A DNA stretch of 64,000 nucleotides, taken from positions 4,416,001 to 4,480,000 of the forward strand of contig OZ244744.1 of the NCBI GenBank assembly GCA_965219455.1. Direction: 5' to 3'. Positions 1-9,265 of this stretch are shown in pieces (within the stretch, counting starts at the first letter, position 1; every line of letters starts with the position of its first letter). The position numbers were made by a program, and so were the translations under genes. The notes under the pieces were generated by a model. That model was not told where the DNA came from. It worked only from the letters and a program-made list of their open reading frames with translations, and did no database searches. This stretch comes from Candidatus Latescibacterota bacterium (GTDB lineage Bacteria; Latescibacterota; UBA2968; GCA-2709665).

Positions 1-186
1 GCTGCCCCCTAAAGCCAGAAGCGCGCGGTCCGGCGACCAGGCATCGTCGCGCACGTCTCCTTTGCCGAGACGCATGAGGGCCCCATCGGGCAGGCTCCAG
101 CGATTGTAGTCCTGTGCGTGGCTGTTCTGCGCAAACAAGACAGCCGTCAAAATGAGAGTGACGCTCAAAATCGTTCGCTTTTTCAT
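1..186 (-). CDS. Secreted WD40-repeat protein, 5' part (runs off window edge)
   Basis: Hand translation from ATG at 186: MKKRTILSVTLILTAVLFAQNSHAQDYNRWSLPDGALMRLGKGDVRDDAWSPD; signal peptide followed by the WxLPxGAxxRLGKG motif typical of bacterial WD40 proteins. Confidence 0.75.
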   Translation of the reverse strand, partial: MKKRTILSVTLILTAVLFAQNSHAQDYNRWSLPDGALMRLGKGDVRDDAWSPDRALLALGGS

Positions 187-228
187 TTCGATACCCTCAC
201 TGGGTAATGAATCAATGTGAAACAAGAC

Positions 229-527
229 GATTAACTGTGATTTAACCCAATGGCGCGCCGCTATGCCACACCCCGGACGGTATTTCAGCGAGTGCAGGCA
301 CTAGCTGGCAGACTCAAGCGCAAGGCACGCCGACCAGCCGAACCGGACTGTGATTCATATGATTGCGGTGATTAACTGGGAAATTAAAGCGGAAGGCACG
401 TCGCTCAACCACACCCCGGACCGCGGTTCACGTGATTACCGTGAATGACTGAGACTAAGGCGCAGGGCGCGCCGCCCAGCCGCACCACGGACTGCGGTAC
501 ACGTGTTTATGGGGTGAATTACTGTGA
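229..527. repeat. Degenerate tandem array, four full ~70-73 bp units plus the start of a fifth
   Basis: Units start at 229, 299, 370, 443 and 516 (gattaactg/cactagctg/gattaactg/gaatgactg/gaattactg); each carries ggc(a/g)cg(c/t)cg..cc..cggac. Confidence 0.8.
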
Positions 528-565
528 AGAATCTGTAGGAAGAGACTGTGCGTGATGGGACCTGG

Positions 566-878
566 CAGCCCATCGAAAATGCCCATCCGGTCGTGCGACC
601 GGCTCTTGTAGCCGAGTTACTTTGTCGCGCTCCCTCGCCGAATCCACCGATTCGCCTCGGACGCACGCCTTGTCTTCGGTCACATTGGCAAGTGTTCCGT
701 CCCGGAAATAGATTGCCGAAATTCGGCCGCCTAGTCGCCCGGCTGGCATCCTTCGACAGGCTCAGCACAAACAGCGCAAGCAACGGAGCGAGACGGCGTG
801 AATCGCCGGATGAACGGTGACGATGTTCCGGGACGGGACACTGAGTCCCGCCTGCAGAGCAACTTTATCAACGGACTG
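566..878. mobile_element. MITE family A copy, interrupted by MITE family B
   Basis: 566-690 and 850-878 align with 30026-30185; degenerate TIR cagcccatcgaaaa / tttatcaacggactg. Confidence 0.8.
691..842. mobile_element. MITE family B copy nested in MITE A
   Basis: TIRs agtgttccgtcccggaa / ttccgggacgggacact; first 58 bp nearly identical to 26435-26492. Confidence 0.85.
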
Positions 879-904
879 TTGGGGATTGATCTGGAGGGTG
901 TGAT

Positions 905-1243
905 GGCGAAATGACGAAACCAGATGTACAGTTTCCGGCGGCATCGCTTGATCACTCACACAGCGCAACGTATCAATTCAGCACTTGTCCCGATCTACAG
1001 TTTATCACGTACATCTACAGCGGCAAAACGTTTGGCGACGTGGATTCCGGTATCACCTCCTTTTTAAACGCTGACGGGTCTGAGAATGGCGTCAACCATA
1101 GGTTCAGCGGATCACCCCTTGCGGCCTCATTCAGGGCCTGGCGCCTTCGGGTGACCGCGGGTGGCATTGGGGCTCCTGGCCGCACCTGGAAGATCGGCGA
1201 CGCCTGCCCCTTTCACGGAAGATTTATACTAATACGTAACTTT
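905..1243 (-). ncRNA. Candidate structured non-coding RNA or cis-regulatory leader
   Basis: Lies downstream of a near-consensus promoter; several helices with G-U pairs only on the minus strand; no credible ORF; ends approximate. Confidence 0.5.
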
Positions 1244-1249
1244 AGTTGT

Positions 1250-1278
1250 AGTTTAATCCATAGATCGGGTAATGTCAA
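1250..1278 (-). promoter_or_regulatory. Sigma70-type promoter
   Basis: TTGACA (1278-1273), 17 nt spacer, TAAACT (1255-1250). Confidence 0.75.
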
Positions 1279-1331
1279 CATGTAAATGGATTCGTTAAGT
1301 ATCCGGATTTTCATGCGGTGTTTGCCGGTCG

Positions 1332-2240
1332 TTACGAACCGGTTCCCCGGCCCGTCAGGTCCGCGTGCGCGAAGTGCCAGTCTTCGACGTGGTTCAGAAC
1401 GACCGCGGAGGTCAGGTTGCCGTCGTTTTCCAGGCCCAGTGTATTGTGAATATCCACGATTTTCTCATTTGAATGGATTCGGGTTCGAACGAAGGTGTTC
1501 CATTCGTCTACGGCGCCGGGGTCGACGCGTCCGTCGTTCTGTCGAAGAATCCAGGCTTCGAAGTCAAGATACGTAGGCGCGTTGTCCCGGATGAAACGTA
1601 CGGCGTCGTGCGGTTGGATGTTCACGGCGCGCAGCGCCAGGGGATCCAGGCCGTTATCGGTCATGTCGGGATAGTCGGGATGCAGCAGGTTCCGGGACCT
1701 GAGCAGTATTTTCAGCCACGTACGCGGGAGTTGGCAGACGTTGAGCGGCCCGTAGTCCAGGCTGGAGACGAGGGGCACGACGCGACCGCCCAGGGCCGAA
1801 AACCCCCGCGTCAGGTCCCGTCTGTAGAAGAGCGACCCGTCCTGGAGACCGTTGAGGACCACGGCTGAAGTGATCGCGCCGTCGTTGGGAATGCCGATGT
1901 CAACCGTGGTTTCCTCGAGCTTATCGGGCCGGGTGTGAACGCGTGTGCGCACGGATTCATTCCAGCTATCGATTGCTTTTCGATCGAGCCTTCCGTCGTT
2001 TTGTTCGAGGACCCATGCTTCAAACTGGAGGTAGTCGGGCATGTTCTCCCGCAAATATGCCAGGGTCGTCTCTCTGTCCAGGTTCAGCACTTCCAGGACG
2101 AATTTGTCCAGGCCTTCGCTGACGTCGGGATATTCCGCGTCCAGCAGCCCGACGTTCCGTAACAAGACCTTCCACCAGGTGCGGGGGAGCTGACAGACTT
2201 CAAGCGGACCGTAGCACAGGCTGCTGAGCAGGGGGATCAT
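1332..2240 (-). CDS. Hypothetical protein with two tandem DUF5069-like domains
   Basis: Internal duplication PL(L/V)SSLxYGPLxVCQLPRTWxK...YPD...GLD...FEAW...TSAVVLN. Confidence 0.75.
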   Translation of the reverse strand: MIPLLSSLCYGPLEVCQLPRTWWKVLLRNVGLLDAEYPDVSEGLDKFVLEVLNLDRETTLAYLRENMPDYLQFEAWVLEQNDGRLDRKAIDSWNESVRTRVHTRPDKLEETTVDIGIPNDGAITSAVVLNGLQDGSLFYRRDLTRGFSALGGRVVPLVSSLDYGPLNVCQLPRTWLKILLRSRNLLHPDYPDMTDNGLDPLALRAVNIQPHDAVRFIRDNAPTYLDFEAWILRQNDGRVDPGAVDEWNTFVRTRIHSNEKIVDIHNTLGLENDGNLTSAVVLNHVEDWHFAHADLTGRGTGS

Positions 2241-2318
2241 ACAGGCGTTCTCCGTTAATAGGGTTCAAAGGTGCCGCACAAAAGCGTCGGCAATGGATAT
2301 CAGCATGGTTCTGTACGG

Positions 2319-3221
2319 TCAGCGGCCATCCTGACTTTCGATTTCCATCATCCCCAGTGCCGCCGCCGTCCGGATGACAAAGGCTCTCTCTTCGCCGGTG
2401 AGCGGACGCTGCGGCGGGCGGGGGTCGCCGCAGTCGATGCCGAGTTTCTCGGATAGCAGGGCTTTGAGCGACGCGATGTATCCGACGCGCCGGAAGATCG
2501 TGTAAAGTTCGGCGGCCCGGTCCTGCTCGGCTTCGGCAATCTCGATATTTCCGCTGTGGTACGCCGTCCAGACGTTGACCCAAACATCCGGAGACAGCGA
2601 AAGCGGTCCATCCACGCAGCCCGAAGCGCCGATGGTGAGCGCGGGAAGGAGAAGCGCGGCGCTGCCGATGAGGCACGCAAGGCCCATTTTGGCGAAATGA
2701 CGCGTGTTTGCGAATGCGGGCGCCGAATGTTTCAGGCCGGTGAGTTGCGGAACCCGCCCCCGGATTTTCTCCGCCAGTTCGAGGGTGATTTCCACACCGG
2801 TGGCATTTGGAAGATTATAGATGAATAAGGGAAGGTTCGCTGCCGCACCGACCACCCGGTAGTGTTCGGCGATTTCGTCCGGTCCGGCCCGGTAAAAGAA
2901 GGGAGGTACGGCGCAGATGGCTTCAACTCCGGCCTTTGCGGCGTTCTCGGCCATCCTGGCGGCACGTTGGGTGGTTGCCGCCCCCACGTGCATGATGATT
3001 TTCGCGCGGCCGGCGGCCTGTTCGGCGGCGGCTTCGGCAATACGGGAATTCTCTTCGTCTTCCAGCAGGACGCTTTCACCGGCGCCGCCGGCAACCCAGA
3101 AACCGTGGGCGCCCGAGCTTATGTTGAACTCGACGATTTGACGGAAGGCATCTTCGTTAAAATCGTCTCCACGTGTCATCGGTGTGATCAGCGCGGGGTA
3201 GATGCCGCGGAATTCGGTCAT
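2319..3221 (-). CDS. Dihydrodipicolinate synthase / N-acetylneuraminate lyase family aldolase
   Basis: MTEFRGIYPALITP, GGAGES, IYNLP, GLKHS (Schiff-base Lys). Confidence 0.9.
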   Translation of the reverse strand: MTEFRGIYPALITPMTRGDDFNEDAFRQIVEFNISSGAHGFWVAGGAGESVLLEDEENSRIAEAAAEQAAGRAKIIMHVGAATTQRAARMAENAAKAGVEAICAVPPFFYRAGPDEIAEHYRVVGAAANLPLFIYNLPNATGVEITLELAEKIRGRVPQLTGLKHSAPAFANTRHFAKMGLACLIGSAALLLPALTIGASGCVDGPLSLSPDVWVNVWTAYHSGNIEIAEAEQDRAAELYTIFRRVGYIASLKALLSEKLGIDCGDPRPPQRPLTGEERAFVIRTAAALGMMEIESQDGR

Positions 3222-3280
3222 TTGGCGTCTCTTCGTTAAGTTGAAAAAAGGGAATCCGTCCGTCACACGTGCGAACGAAT

Positions 3281-5407
3281 CTATTCGGATATGGCGAGAC
3301 CGGCCTGGGCCTGCACATCCCGGGCGAGGTCTTTGTCGACGACCGGTTCGCCGTTCCGGACGCACATGACGTGACCTCCAATCTCTCCGGAAGCTGCAAA
3401 TGAAATCACAACGCGCTTGCCGCTTGCGCTGAAGCTGAGTTCAACGTTGGCCCCGGTCGCGGTAACGTCTGCTTCGCTCATCGCACGAAGGGAACCATCC
3501 CCGGCGTGGATAAGGTGCAGGAAGTGGTCCTCTTTCCGGGCCGTGCCCGGTCTGACTTCCATTCGCCATCGTCCCATCAACTCGGGGATATCGTCGTATT
3601 GAATTCTCCCGATGGGATATTTGTTCTCTACGATTAGCCGGGAAGGACCGGCGTCGATCGCGTAGTTGACGCCGTCGGCGAGGAATTCCTTGCCTGGGCC
3701 GCCGACCTTGTCGAGAACCGCGCCTTCGGGTAAGAGTGTTCGGGCGAAAATGCGTCCCCGATCCTGATCCGATTGCCACGTCTTGCCCTCAACGAGGGGC
3801 TCATTGGCATGGTGCAGGATCCAGGTTTTGGCGTAGTCGGCGCGGGTGGACGTGACACGGTCGAACACGACGAAATGGTCCGGCGGCAGGAAGATGAACT
3901 GGCGGACCATGAGCGCGCATTTTTCGCGGTTGTAAACCGGGGTGGCGTTGGCGGCAATGTAGGTGAAATGGGGGTTGGTTTCGAAGGCGAGAATTTCGGA
4001 GCCCATGGTCTTGTTCTGTCCGCCGGCCTGGCCGAAGACGTCGCCGTTCCAGTATGGCGAAGGCGCTTCGCCGGGCATCTTGATCAGAACGCAGTTGTGG
4101 GCGACGGTCTGCGCGTAGTAGTTCTGCAGGTTGTCGGTGTTTCCCTGCCGGGTACCGCTGTCCAGGGCAAGGAAGCCTTTTTTGAAGATCGTAAATTGGG
4201 TGGCGTCGTAGTGGCGGTGGCTCTTCAGGCTGCCCCCACCGCAAAAAAGGGCATACGTGTCGTCGTCTCCGGAGCCGGAGCGCATGAAGATCTGACCCAG
4301 GTTCTCGAAATGACGGGCAGGCGGCAGGATGCCGGGGTCTCGAACCGGTGGCGGGTTGTCGAGACCGTCGAGCAGAAACGGGTAGATGGGCCATTTGTCC
4401 CGATGGAATCCGCCACCGGCCATGTTCCGGATATAACGCGCGAGTCCGGCCCACTCCGGATGGGTTTGACCGAAAAGGTGCATGATGTGGGACATATGGG
4501 TGTACATCCAGTTTGTCCGCATCCTGTTGTCTGTATGCGCGTTGTCGCCGTAACCGAACTCAAGGTCGCCCGGCAGCCAGTTCCAGACAACGTAATTGGG
4601 AAACATCCGAATGTGCGGCCAGTTCTCGGAAATGTCTTCACCGGTTGACGATCGAACGGTGTGGATGAAGTTCCATTGCGCCAGCGGGTATTCGCCAAAC
4701 GCGTATCCGAGCGTGGGAGAAGCTTCGCCGCCGTCGTCCCCGCACGTGGACGCCCGGTGAACCAGCAGCTTTACGTGGTCGTCGTAGCCCCGTTCGAGAA
4801 AACGGGCCGCCCTCGTATCGTCGATGCCTTCACCGTGGAGCAGGAGCCCCGCGAACCAGGCCAGGCTGGGCGCGCCGTAGAATCCGCTGCGGTGGTCGGA
4901 GCCGTTGCGGCGGCGGATGCCGGGTTTATGCAGGGCTTCGTCCACGTGGTCGAGCAGGCGGAGGGCAATCTTGCGGCGGTCTTCGGCGGATAGGTCATTC
5001 CAGATCCAGTCCAGGGTGACCAGGCAGGCGGTGCGACTGGCGGCGTACCAGTTGACGGATTCGTTCTCGGCGTAACAGGCGTGGTAGTATTCAGCGCTCG
5101 CGCGGAGTTCGGAAGTGAGTCCGGCCAGACGTTCGGCGGTGGGTTCCACGAGATAGACAATGGCCGCGCCCATCATCCGGTGGCCCCAATCGCGCACTTC
5201 CGTGCCGTCGGGCATCGGCGGCGGACGGTTGACAACGGCCGATTCCAGGTCCGGCGGACTCGCCTCGGCGAACGACTTGACCTCGATGTATTCGTCTTTG
5301 CAGGCGCTCAACGCGCGGGCTCGAAAGGTCGGCAACGTATCGCCGTTGAGGAACAGCCGGGGGTGGTCCGGGCGTATCCGGGTTTTCCAGTCAGGGTTGA
5401 TTTTCAC
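3281..5407 (-). CDS. Heparinase II/III family protein
   Basis: HPRLFL N-terminus, MRSG, HRHYDA, LALDSG, QTVAHN motifs. Confidence 0.85.
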   Translation of the reverse strand: MKINPDWKTRIRPDHPRLFLNGDTLPTFRARALSACKDEYIEVKSFAEASPPDLESAVVNRPPPMPDGTEVRDWGHRMMGAAIVYLVEPTAERLAGLTSELRASAEYYHACYAENESVNWYAASRTACLVTLDWIWNDLSAEDRRKIALRLLDHVDEALHKPGIRRRNGSDHRSGFYGAPSLAWFAGLLLHGEGIDDTRAARFLERGYDDHVKLLVHRASTCGDDGGEASPTLGYAFGEYPLAQWNFIHTVRSSTGEDISENWPHIRMFPNYVVWNWLPGDLEFGYGDNAHTDNRMRTNWMYTHMSHIMHLFGQTHPEWAGLARYIRNMAGGGFHRDKWPIYPFLLDGLDNPPPVRDPGILPPARHFENLGQIFMRSGSGDDDTYALFCGGGSLKSHRHYDATQFTIFKKGFLALDSGTRQGNTDNLQNYYAQTVAHNCVLIKMPGEAPSPYWNGDVFGQAGGQNKTMGSEILAFETNPHFTYIAANATPVYNREKCALMVRQFIFLPPDHFVVFDRVTSTRADYAKTWILHHANEPLVEGKTWQSDQDRGRIFARTLLPEGAVLDKVGGPGKEFLADGVNYAIDAGPSRLIVENKYPIGRIQYDDIPELMGRWRMEVRPGTARKEDHFLHLIHAGDGSLRAMSEADVTATGANVELSFSASGKRVVISFAASGEIGGHVMCVRNGEPVVDKDLARDVQAQAGLAISE

Positions 5408-5448
5408 GATGGGTTCCGGATGTGTGAACGCAGCCTGCCCGATCCGCG

Positions 5449-7380
5449 CTAGATTACGCCAAGCCAGAGTTCGTGTCGCCGGGAGAACAGGATTCCGTTG
5501 TCGCTGGCAGCCAGAATCGGCGTCTCGCGAGAGTCCGCGGTGTGGGCAATGGCGAGTTCTTCGGTTCGGGGATCGAGTCGAACAATGCGGTTACCGTGGG
5601 TGAAGTAGAGGTTGCCGTCCGCACCGGTGACCATGGGCCGGTTGTGAGGTCTGCCGCCGGTGAGCGAGTGGTCGAGCGTGTGGAAGGCGCGGTCTGCAAG
5701 GCGGCAGACGAAAAAGCGGTTGCCGCCCGCGTGGTCGTCGGTCCAGAAAAAGACACGGTCCGTGCTGCATCCCATGGTAATAAGGCTGCGGGCGCCCTCG
5801 ATTTCCTGGTCGAAAAGAACGGTTTCGCGTTCCGGATCGAAAATCAGAAAACAGGCGTTGCCTTCGGAGGGCCGGATATAACCGTCGGCGATGATGCTGG
5901 TGCCGAGATACACGTGTTCCGGGCCGACCGTCAGGCCCAGAATGGAATGGTCCGGGACCAGGTGGCGGTAAGATCGCTGACTGTTGTCGGTGGGATCGAC
6001 AACGGTAAGCGCGCCGCCCCGGGCACCATACTCCGGCATGGATCCGATGTAGAGATTGTCTCCGGGTCCATTGAGAATGCCGGTGACAGGGCGGTACTGT
6101 TCGTCTCCCGCCGGTCCGAGATTCCGGGGGTTGTCGCCGGCGTCGGGGCCTGGGCGCCAGGGTCGATTCGGATTGTATTCGGTAAGGACGTTGTGGGTGT
6201 AGGCAATGCTGTAGATGTTGCCGCAGGCTTCGGCGCTGCCGTAGATTTCGCCGGATCCGTTGTACGTCAGGCCCAATATATCCGCCCGTCCTGATTTCGG
6301 ATCCACGCGTGATAGGGAGAGGCCCAGGTGGGCCGAGCAGTAGATATCGCCGGAAGAGGCCGGCAGGATGGAGAAGATGCCGATAGGGGGGTTTTCGATC
6401 TCGGTCCGGTGGAGGTCGAGTTCGGCGGTCCGGAGGTCGCAGATGCCGTAATACTGGGAATGGCCGGCGAAGAGGACCCGGTGTTCGTCCAGAAAGTGGT
6501 AGATGCCCCGGCTGGGAACGCCACGGATGTGGCAGGCGAGTTCGGCGGTTTCCGTTTCCAGGTCAAGGGCGTAAATATAGCCGTTGTCCACGCTCATATA
6601 AACGCGTCCGCCCGGCGAGGCCATCAGGTTTCTTCCGGAGGTAACCACGGTCGTGACAACGAAGGAACCGAGAAAGCCGAGGTCGAGCGCGGAGAAACGA
6701 CAGATTTCAATGCCGCCTTCCGGATGCCCGAGAGTGGCCAGGAACTGATCCCCGGTGCGCAGGAAGCCGCTGTAAGCGTCCGGCCGACCGGTAAGGTGGG
6801 GCGGCGACACCACGTTAACTTCGTCGGTGCGCGGGTCCAGGGCGTAGACGCCGTGCTGAAGGCCGTTGAGAATGCCAATGTGTCCGCCGTCGGTGAGACA
6901 GGCGGCGAAAAGCTGGTGGTTTCTCTCCTCGACCGCGACTTCTCTGTATTCGCCGGTGTCCCGGTCGTAGGCCACACAGTCGCCGGAGGGGAAGCCGGGC
7001 ATGTACAGCCATCCGTCCGGTCCTTCGACGACGTCCGTGAGGTGGGAGTTTTTCGTTGCCGGGTTATGCGGCGGGACGTCTTCGTAGGACTCGGTGATCG
7101 GGTTGAAACAGGCGAGTTGCCCCGGGCCGTTCATACCGAACCAGATCTTATTGTCGGACAGGAGTCGGACCTTCCAGGTCCCGCGGCCGTCCGGCTGGGC
7201 GAATGACGCGTATTCATGACGTTCGAAGTCGGTGCGCACCAGGGCGGGTGGACGGCCCGGAACCGCGGAGAACATGGATTGGTAGAGCACCCTGCGGCCC
7301 AGATTGGGGTCGAATATGAGTTCCCCCGGGGAATTGGAGGGCGCCAGGAAAGGGACGTCGCAGATTTTGGACACTTTCAT
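5449..7380 (-). CDS. Beta-propeller (PQQ-like/streptogramin lyase-like) protein
   Basis: Repeated GPDGxLY / DPxT blade motifs; NPRNLG..EQYRP, PEYGARGGAL. Confidence 0.65.
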   Translation of the reverse strand: MKVSKICDVPFLAPSNSPGELIFDPNLGRRVLYQSMFSAVPGRPPALVRTDFERHEYASFAQPDGRGTWKVRLLSDNKIWFGMNGPGQLACFNPITESYEDVPPHNPATKNSHLTDVVEGPDGWLYMPGFPSGDCVAYDRDTGEYREVAVEERNHQLFAACLTDGGHIGILNGLQHGVYALDPRTDEVNVVSPPHLTGRPDAYSGFLRTGDQFLATLGHPEGGIEICRFSALDLGFLGSFVVTTVVTSGRNLMASPGGRVYMSVDNGYIYALDLETETAELACHIRGVPSRGIYHFLDEHRVLFAGHSQYYGICDLRTAELDLHRTEIENPPIGIFSILPASSGDIYCSAHLGLSLSRVDPKSGRADILGLTYNGSGEIYGSAEACGNIYSIAYTHNVLTEYNPNRPWRPGPDAGDNPRNLGPAGDEQYRPVTGILNGPGDNLYIGSMPEYGARGGALTVVDPTDNSQRSYRHLVPDHSILGLTVGPEHVYLGTSIIADGYIRPSEGNACFLIFDPERETVLFDQEIEGARSLITMGCSTDRVFFWTDDHAGGNRFFVCRLADRAFHTLDHSLTGGRPHNRPMVTGADGNLYFTHGNRIVRLDPRTEELAIAHTADSRETPILAASDNGILFSRRHELWLGVI

Positions 7381-7501
7381 TCGGAAGATCCTTCCCTTCG
7401 ATCGCCGACGGAGGCCTTGATATTTCCTGGAAGCGGACCTGGCCGGTAGACTGCGTCCTGTACCGGGACGGCGGCCATGGATGTGTATCCGAGGCGTAGG
7501 T

Positions 7502-9259
7502 TCATTGAATCCGAAAACTGCGGCCGTCCACGCGTATCTCATACCCCCGTTCGTGTACAGTCACGGCGGGCCGCGTATCGCCTTTTGCGAATATCCACCA
7601 GACGAACGGCGCTGAGGAATCTGCGCTCGCGCTAAGCGTGAGATGGCCTCTGGATCCGGGGAGCCGGTCTACGTTTCGGTCTGTGATCTGGGCCTGAGGC
7701 GAGCCGATCCAGAGCATCAGGTCGGGCGCGTAGATCCGGGCCATGTCGTCTTGCACCCACCAGGCGGCATCGGGGTGCCCGTGCCAGTGATAGGTGATGG
7801 TCTGGACGGAGGCGCCTCGCACGCGGTCGGCGAGGACGACCAGGTCCTTTTGCGAAAGCCAGAGCGTTCGAACGACCCGTTTCAATGCCAGCCCGGCCGG
7901 ATAACAAGCGGTCAGGTCCAGTTCGGCCATATGCGTCGTTTCATCGCACTGCCGCAGGGCGACCTGGCGATCCGCCGGCTTCCCCGTCTGCGCCATACCG
8001 TTGATAACAGGCGCATTGTGCGCCGTAAGTCCGAGAGTGAATTCACGTTCTCGTTTCTTCATATACTGTTGATAGCCGGGGTCCGATATCGGCCAGCTGC
8101 CGCCGGCGCCGACGACGATGGAGCCGTTGTCGTTGTGGACGTGGCTCATCTTCGAGTTGCTCGCCGCCATGGCCGCCGCCAGGTCGTCCGGCTCCCATCC
8201 GCTCCTGAGCACGACCGCGTAGTGCGCGTCGATAGCCCCGGCTTCGGGCGGCTCACATTGAAGATCCTCGGCTACCTCGTGGAGCACACCCAGGGCGTCG
8301 GCGCGCAACCAGCGCAGGCGGCAGCGTTTCAGGTACCAGCCCGTGCGCGGCGAGGGCCGGTAACCGTAGAGTTTGGCATGGCATGATACGTGGAACGGCA
8401 TCTCCCGGGGCTCCGCGTCGCTCAACTGGGAAATATTCACGATATTTCCCGGCGCCCCGAGCGCGATGGACTCATCCAGGACGTCGCCGAAGCGCGGATG
8501 GTCCATCAGGGCCGTCCGTCTGGTCCCGGAGAGTGTCCCCAGCCAATCGGCGGCGAAGTCCAGGGTGTACCCGTCGTAACCGATCCCCTCCGAATGACCG
8601 GTTTCGCGCAGGTCCAGGATCGCCCCAAGGAGCGCCTCCAGCCTGCGGTTCAACGATTCAGCGGCGGGATGCGCAATGCAGTTGGCGGCCAGGGCGAGAC
8701 CGACCGTGCCGATGAACGGGATGTTGTGCAGCACGGTGTGGGGTTCGTCCAGGGCGAGGATATCGTCCTTGCTCTCAAACGCACCGTGCCTGGCGTCGGA
8801 CAGCGGGAGCGTGTCTTCAATGTGGCGGTGAAACGCCCGTTCGATCTTCCCCGGCAGGCTCCCGGGCAGCCAGTCCCACCGGGTGTAGGCCAGCCAGAGG
8901 ATGCGCAGCGCGTGACCCGAACTCAGGTCGGGCATCGGAAACTGGCGGTAGCACGGCCATTCGGCAAGGGCGTCCAGGTCGGTAACGGCCAACCGGCGCG
9001 CGTGTTCGTCGCGGAACCAGGACCCCGCCCACCCGAGGCTGAGGATTCGCTCTTCCAGGCTCCAGGTCATCCAAATGGACCATGGATAGGCAGCGATGCC
9101 GGGGATCGGCAGTCCGGGCAGATAAATCTCGCGGATCGGAAGGGGGTAGGCGATTTTCCGCCGAATTCTGTAATAGTCGGCAATCAGATGGGTCTGGGGC
9201 TTGTAACCATCGGCGCGCCGACGAATCTCGGTTTCGATAGGGTCCCGTTGCATCGACAC
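7502..9259 (-). CDS. Heparinase II/III family protein
   Basis: EGIGYDGY, LRSGW, HVHNDNGS, DPGY, AHN motifs. Confidence 0.85.
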   Translation of the reverse strand: MSMQRDPIETEIRRRADGYKPQTHLIADYYRIRRKIAYPLPIREIYLPGLPIPGIAAYPWSIWMTWSLEERILSLGWAGSWFRDEHARRLAVTDLDALAEWPCYRQFPMPDLSSGHALRILWLAYTRWDWLPGSLPGKIERAFHRHIEDTLPLSDARHGAFESKDDILALDEPHTVLHNIPFIGTVGLALAANCIAHPAAESLNRRLEALLGAILDLRETGHSEGIGYDGYTLDFAADWLGTLSGTRRTALMDHPRFGDVLDESIALGAPGNIVNISQLSDAEPREMPFHVSCHAKLYGYRPSPRTGWYLKRCRLRWLRADALGVLHEVAEDLQCEPPEAGAIDAHYAVVLRSGWEPDDLAAAMAASNSKMSHVHNDNGSIVVGAGGSWPISDPGYQQYMKKREREFTLGLTAHNAPVINGMAQTGKPADRQVALRQCDETTHMAELDLTACYPAGLALKRVVRTLWLSQKDLVVLADRVRGASVQTITYHWHGHPDAAWWVQDDMARIYAPDLMLWIGSPQAQITDRNVDRLPGSRGHLTLSASADSSAPFVWWIFAKGDTRPAVTVHERGYEIRVDGRSFRIQ

Positions 9260-9265
9260 TCCAAC

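Noticed and set aside
229-527. CRISPR array
   Set aside because: Units are similar along their whole length, with no invariant repeat or unique spacers, and no cas genes are in the window
1048-1066. 16S rRNA 3' end (atcacctccttt)
   Set aside because: No flanking rRNA sequence; it is the complement of a strong SD on the minus strand
911-1285. 124-aa plus-strand ORF
   Set aside because: No RBS or family motif; antisense to the promoter-driven structured region
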